Below, piece after piece: positions 31,905 through 32,000 of a stretch of 32,000 nt of DNA. Position numbers and translations under genes: made by a program. Origin of the DNA: Mycobacterium sp. (GTDB taxonomy: Bacteria; Actinomycetota; Actinomycetes; Mycobacteriales; Mycobacteriaceae); NCBI GenBank assembly GCA_035721065.1, contig DASTNJ010000031.1:32368-64367 (forward strand). The letters are read 5' to 3'. The notes beneath the pieces are model-generated. The model was not told where the DNA came from and searched no databases. It saw nothing but the letters and a program-made list of their open reading frames with translations. Each line of letters starts with the position of its first letter. Within the stretch, counting starts at the first letter, position 1.

Positions 31905-31976
31905 GGGTCGGCGCGGCGCGGCGGGTCGGCGCGGCGCGGCGGGCGGGTCGGCGCGGCGCGGCGAGCGGGTCGGCGG
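31905..31976. repeat. GC-rich tandem repeat, unit GGGTCGGCGCGGCGCGGC (3 full copies plus 1 partial; periods 18/22/22 bp)
   Basis: Copies lie at 31905-31922, 31923-31940 and 31945-31962, with a partial copy at 31967-31976. This is directly outside the right inverted repeat. Confidence 0.8.
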
Positions 31977-32000
31977 AGGACGCCGCGCCTACCGGGACCG

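Noticed and set aside
31977-32000. Possible 3' end of embC (TAG on the - strand at 31991-31989)
   Set aside because: Only 3 codons would be inside the window, which is far too little to support a call.

Overview
This is high-GC (roughly 68-70% by eye) actinobacterial DNA. I recognise it as the mycobacterial cell-envelope core cluster for arabinogalactan and mycolate assembly, read in the opposite direction to M. tuberculosis H37Rv numbering (equivalents of Rv3809c down to Rv3794). On the + strand the order is glf (partial)-glfT2-PAP2 phosphatase-ubiA-aftB, then fbpA-fbpD-culp6 (Rv3802c-like), then fadD32-pks13-accD4. embB and embA follow on the - strand. Gene calls rest on ORF length, ATGA/GTGA coupling overlaps, catalytic motifs visible in the translations, and my recollection of the M. 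tuberculosis orthologues. No alignment or database search was run. The conserved backbone is interrupted at each operon junction by lineage-specific material. (1) Between aftB and fbpA there is a 696-aa secreted mosaic protein: signal peptide, PGRS-like Gly-rich block, 30 uninterrupted collagen G-X-Y triplets and about 7 YVTN beta-propeller repeats. (2) Between culp6 and fadD32 there is one intact vapBC module plus divergently oriented, decayed PIN-toxin remnants. (3) Between accD4 and embB there is an MHS-type MFS transporter. (4) Upstream of embA there is a 657-bp cassette bounded by 68-bp inverted repeats, carrying a 119-aa winged-helix-like ORF and six 25-bp phased operator-like repeats. 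I consider this cassette the most interesting object in the window. embA and embB are bridged by a perfect two-copy, 57-bp-period, frame-preserving MIRU-like repeat. The window is rich in short tandem repeats, with at least seven loci. I saw no rRNA, tRNA, CRISPR array or transposase gene. The long antisense and alternative-frame ORFs in the track are high-GC artefacts.
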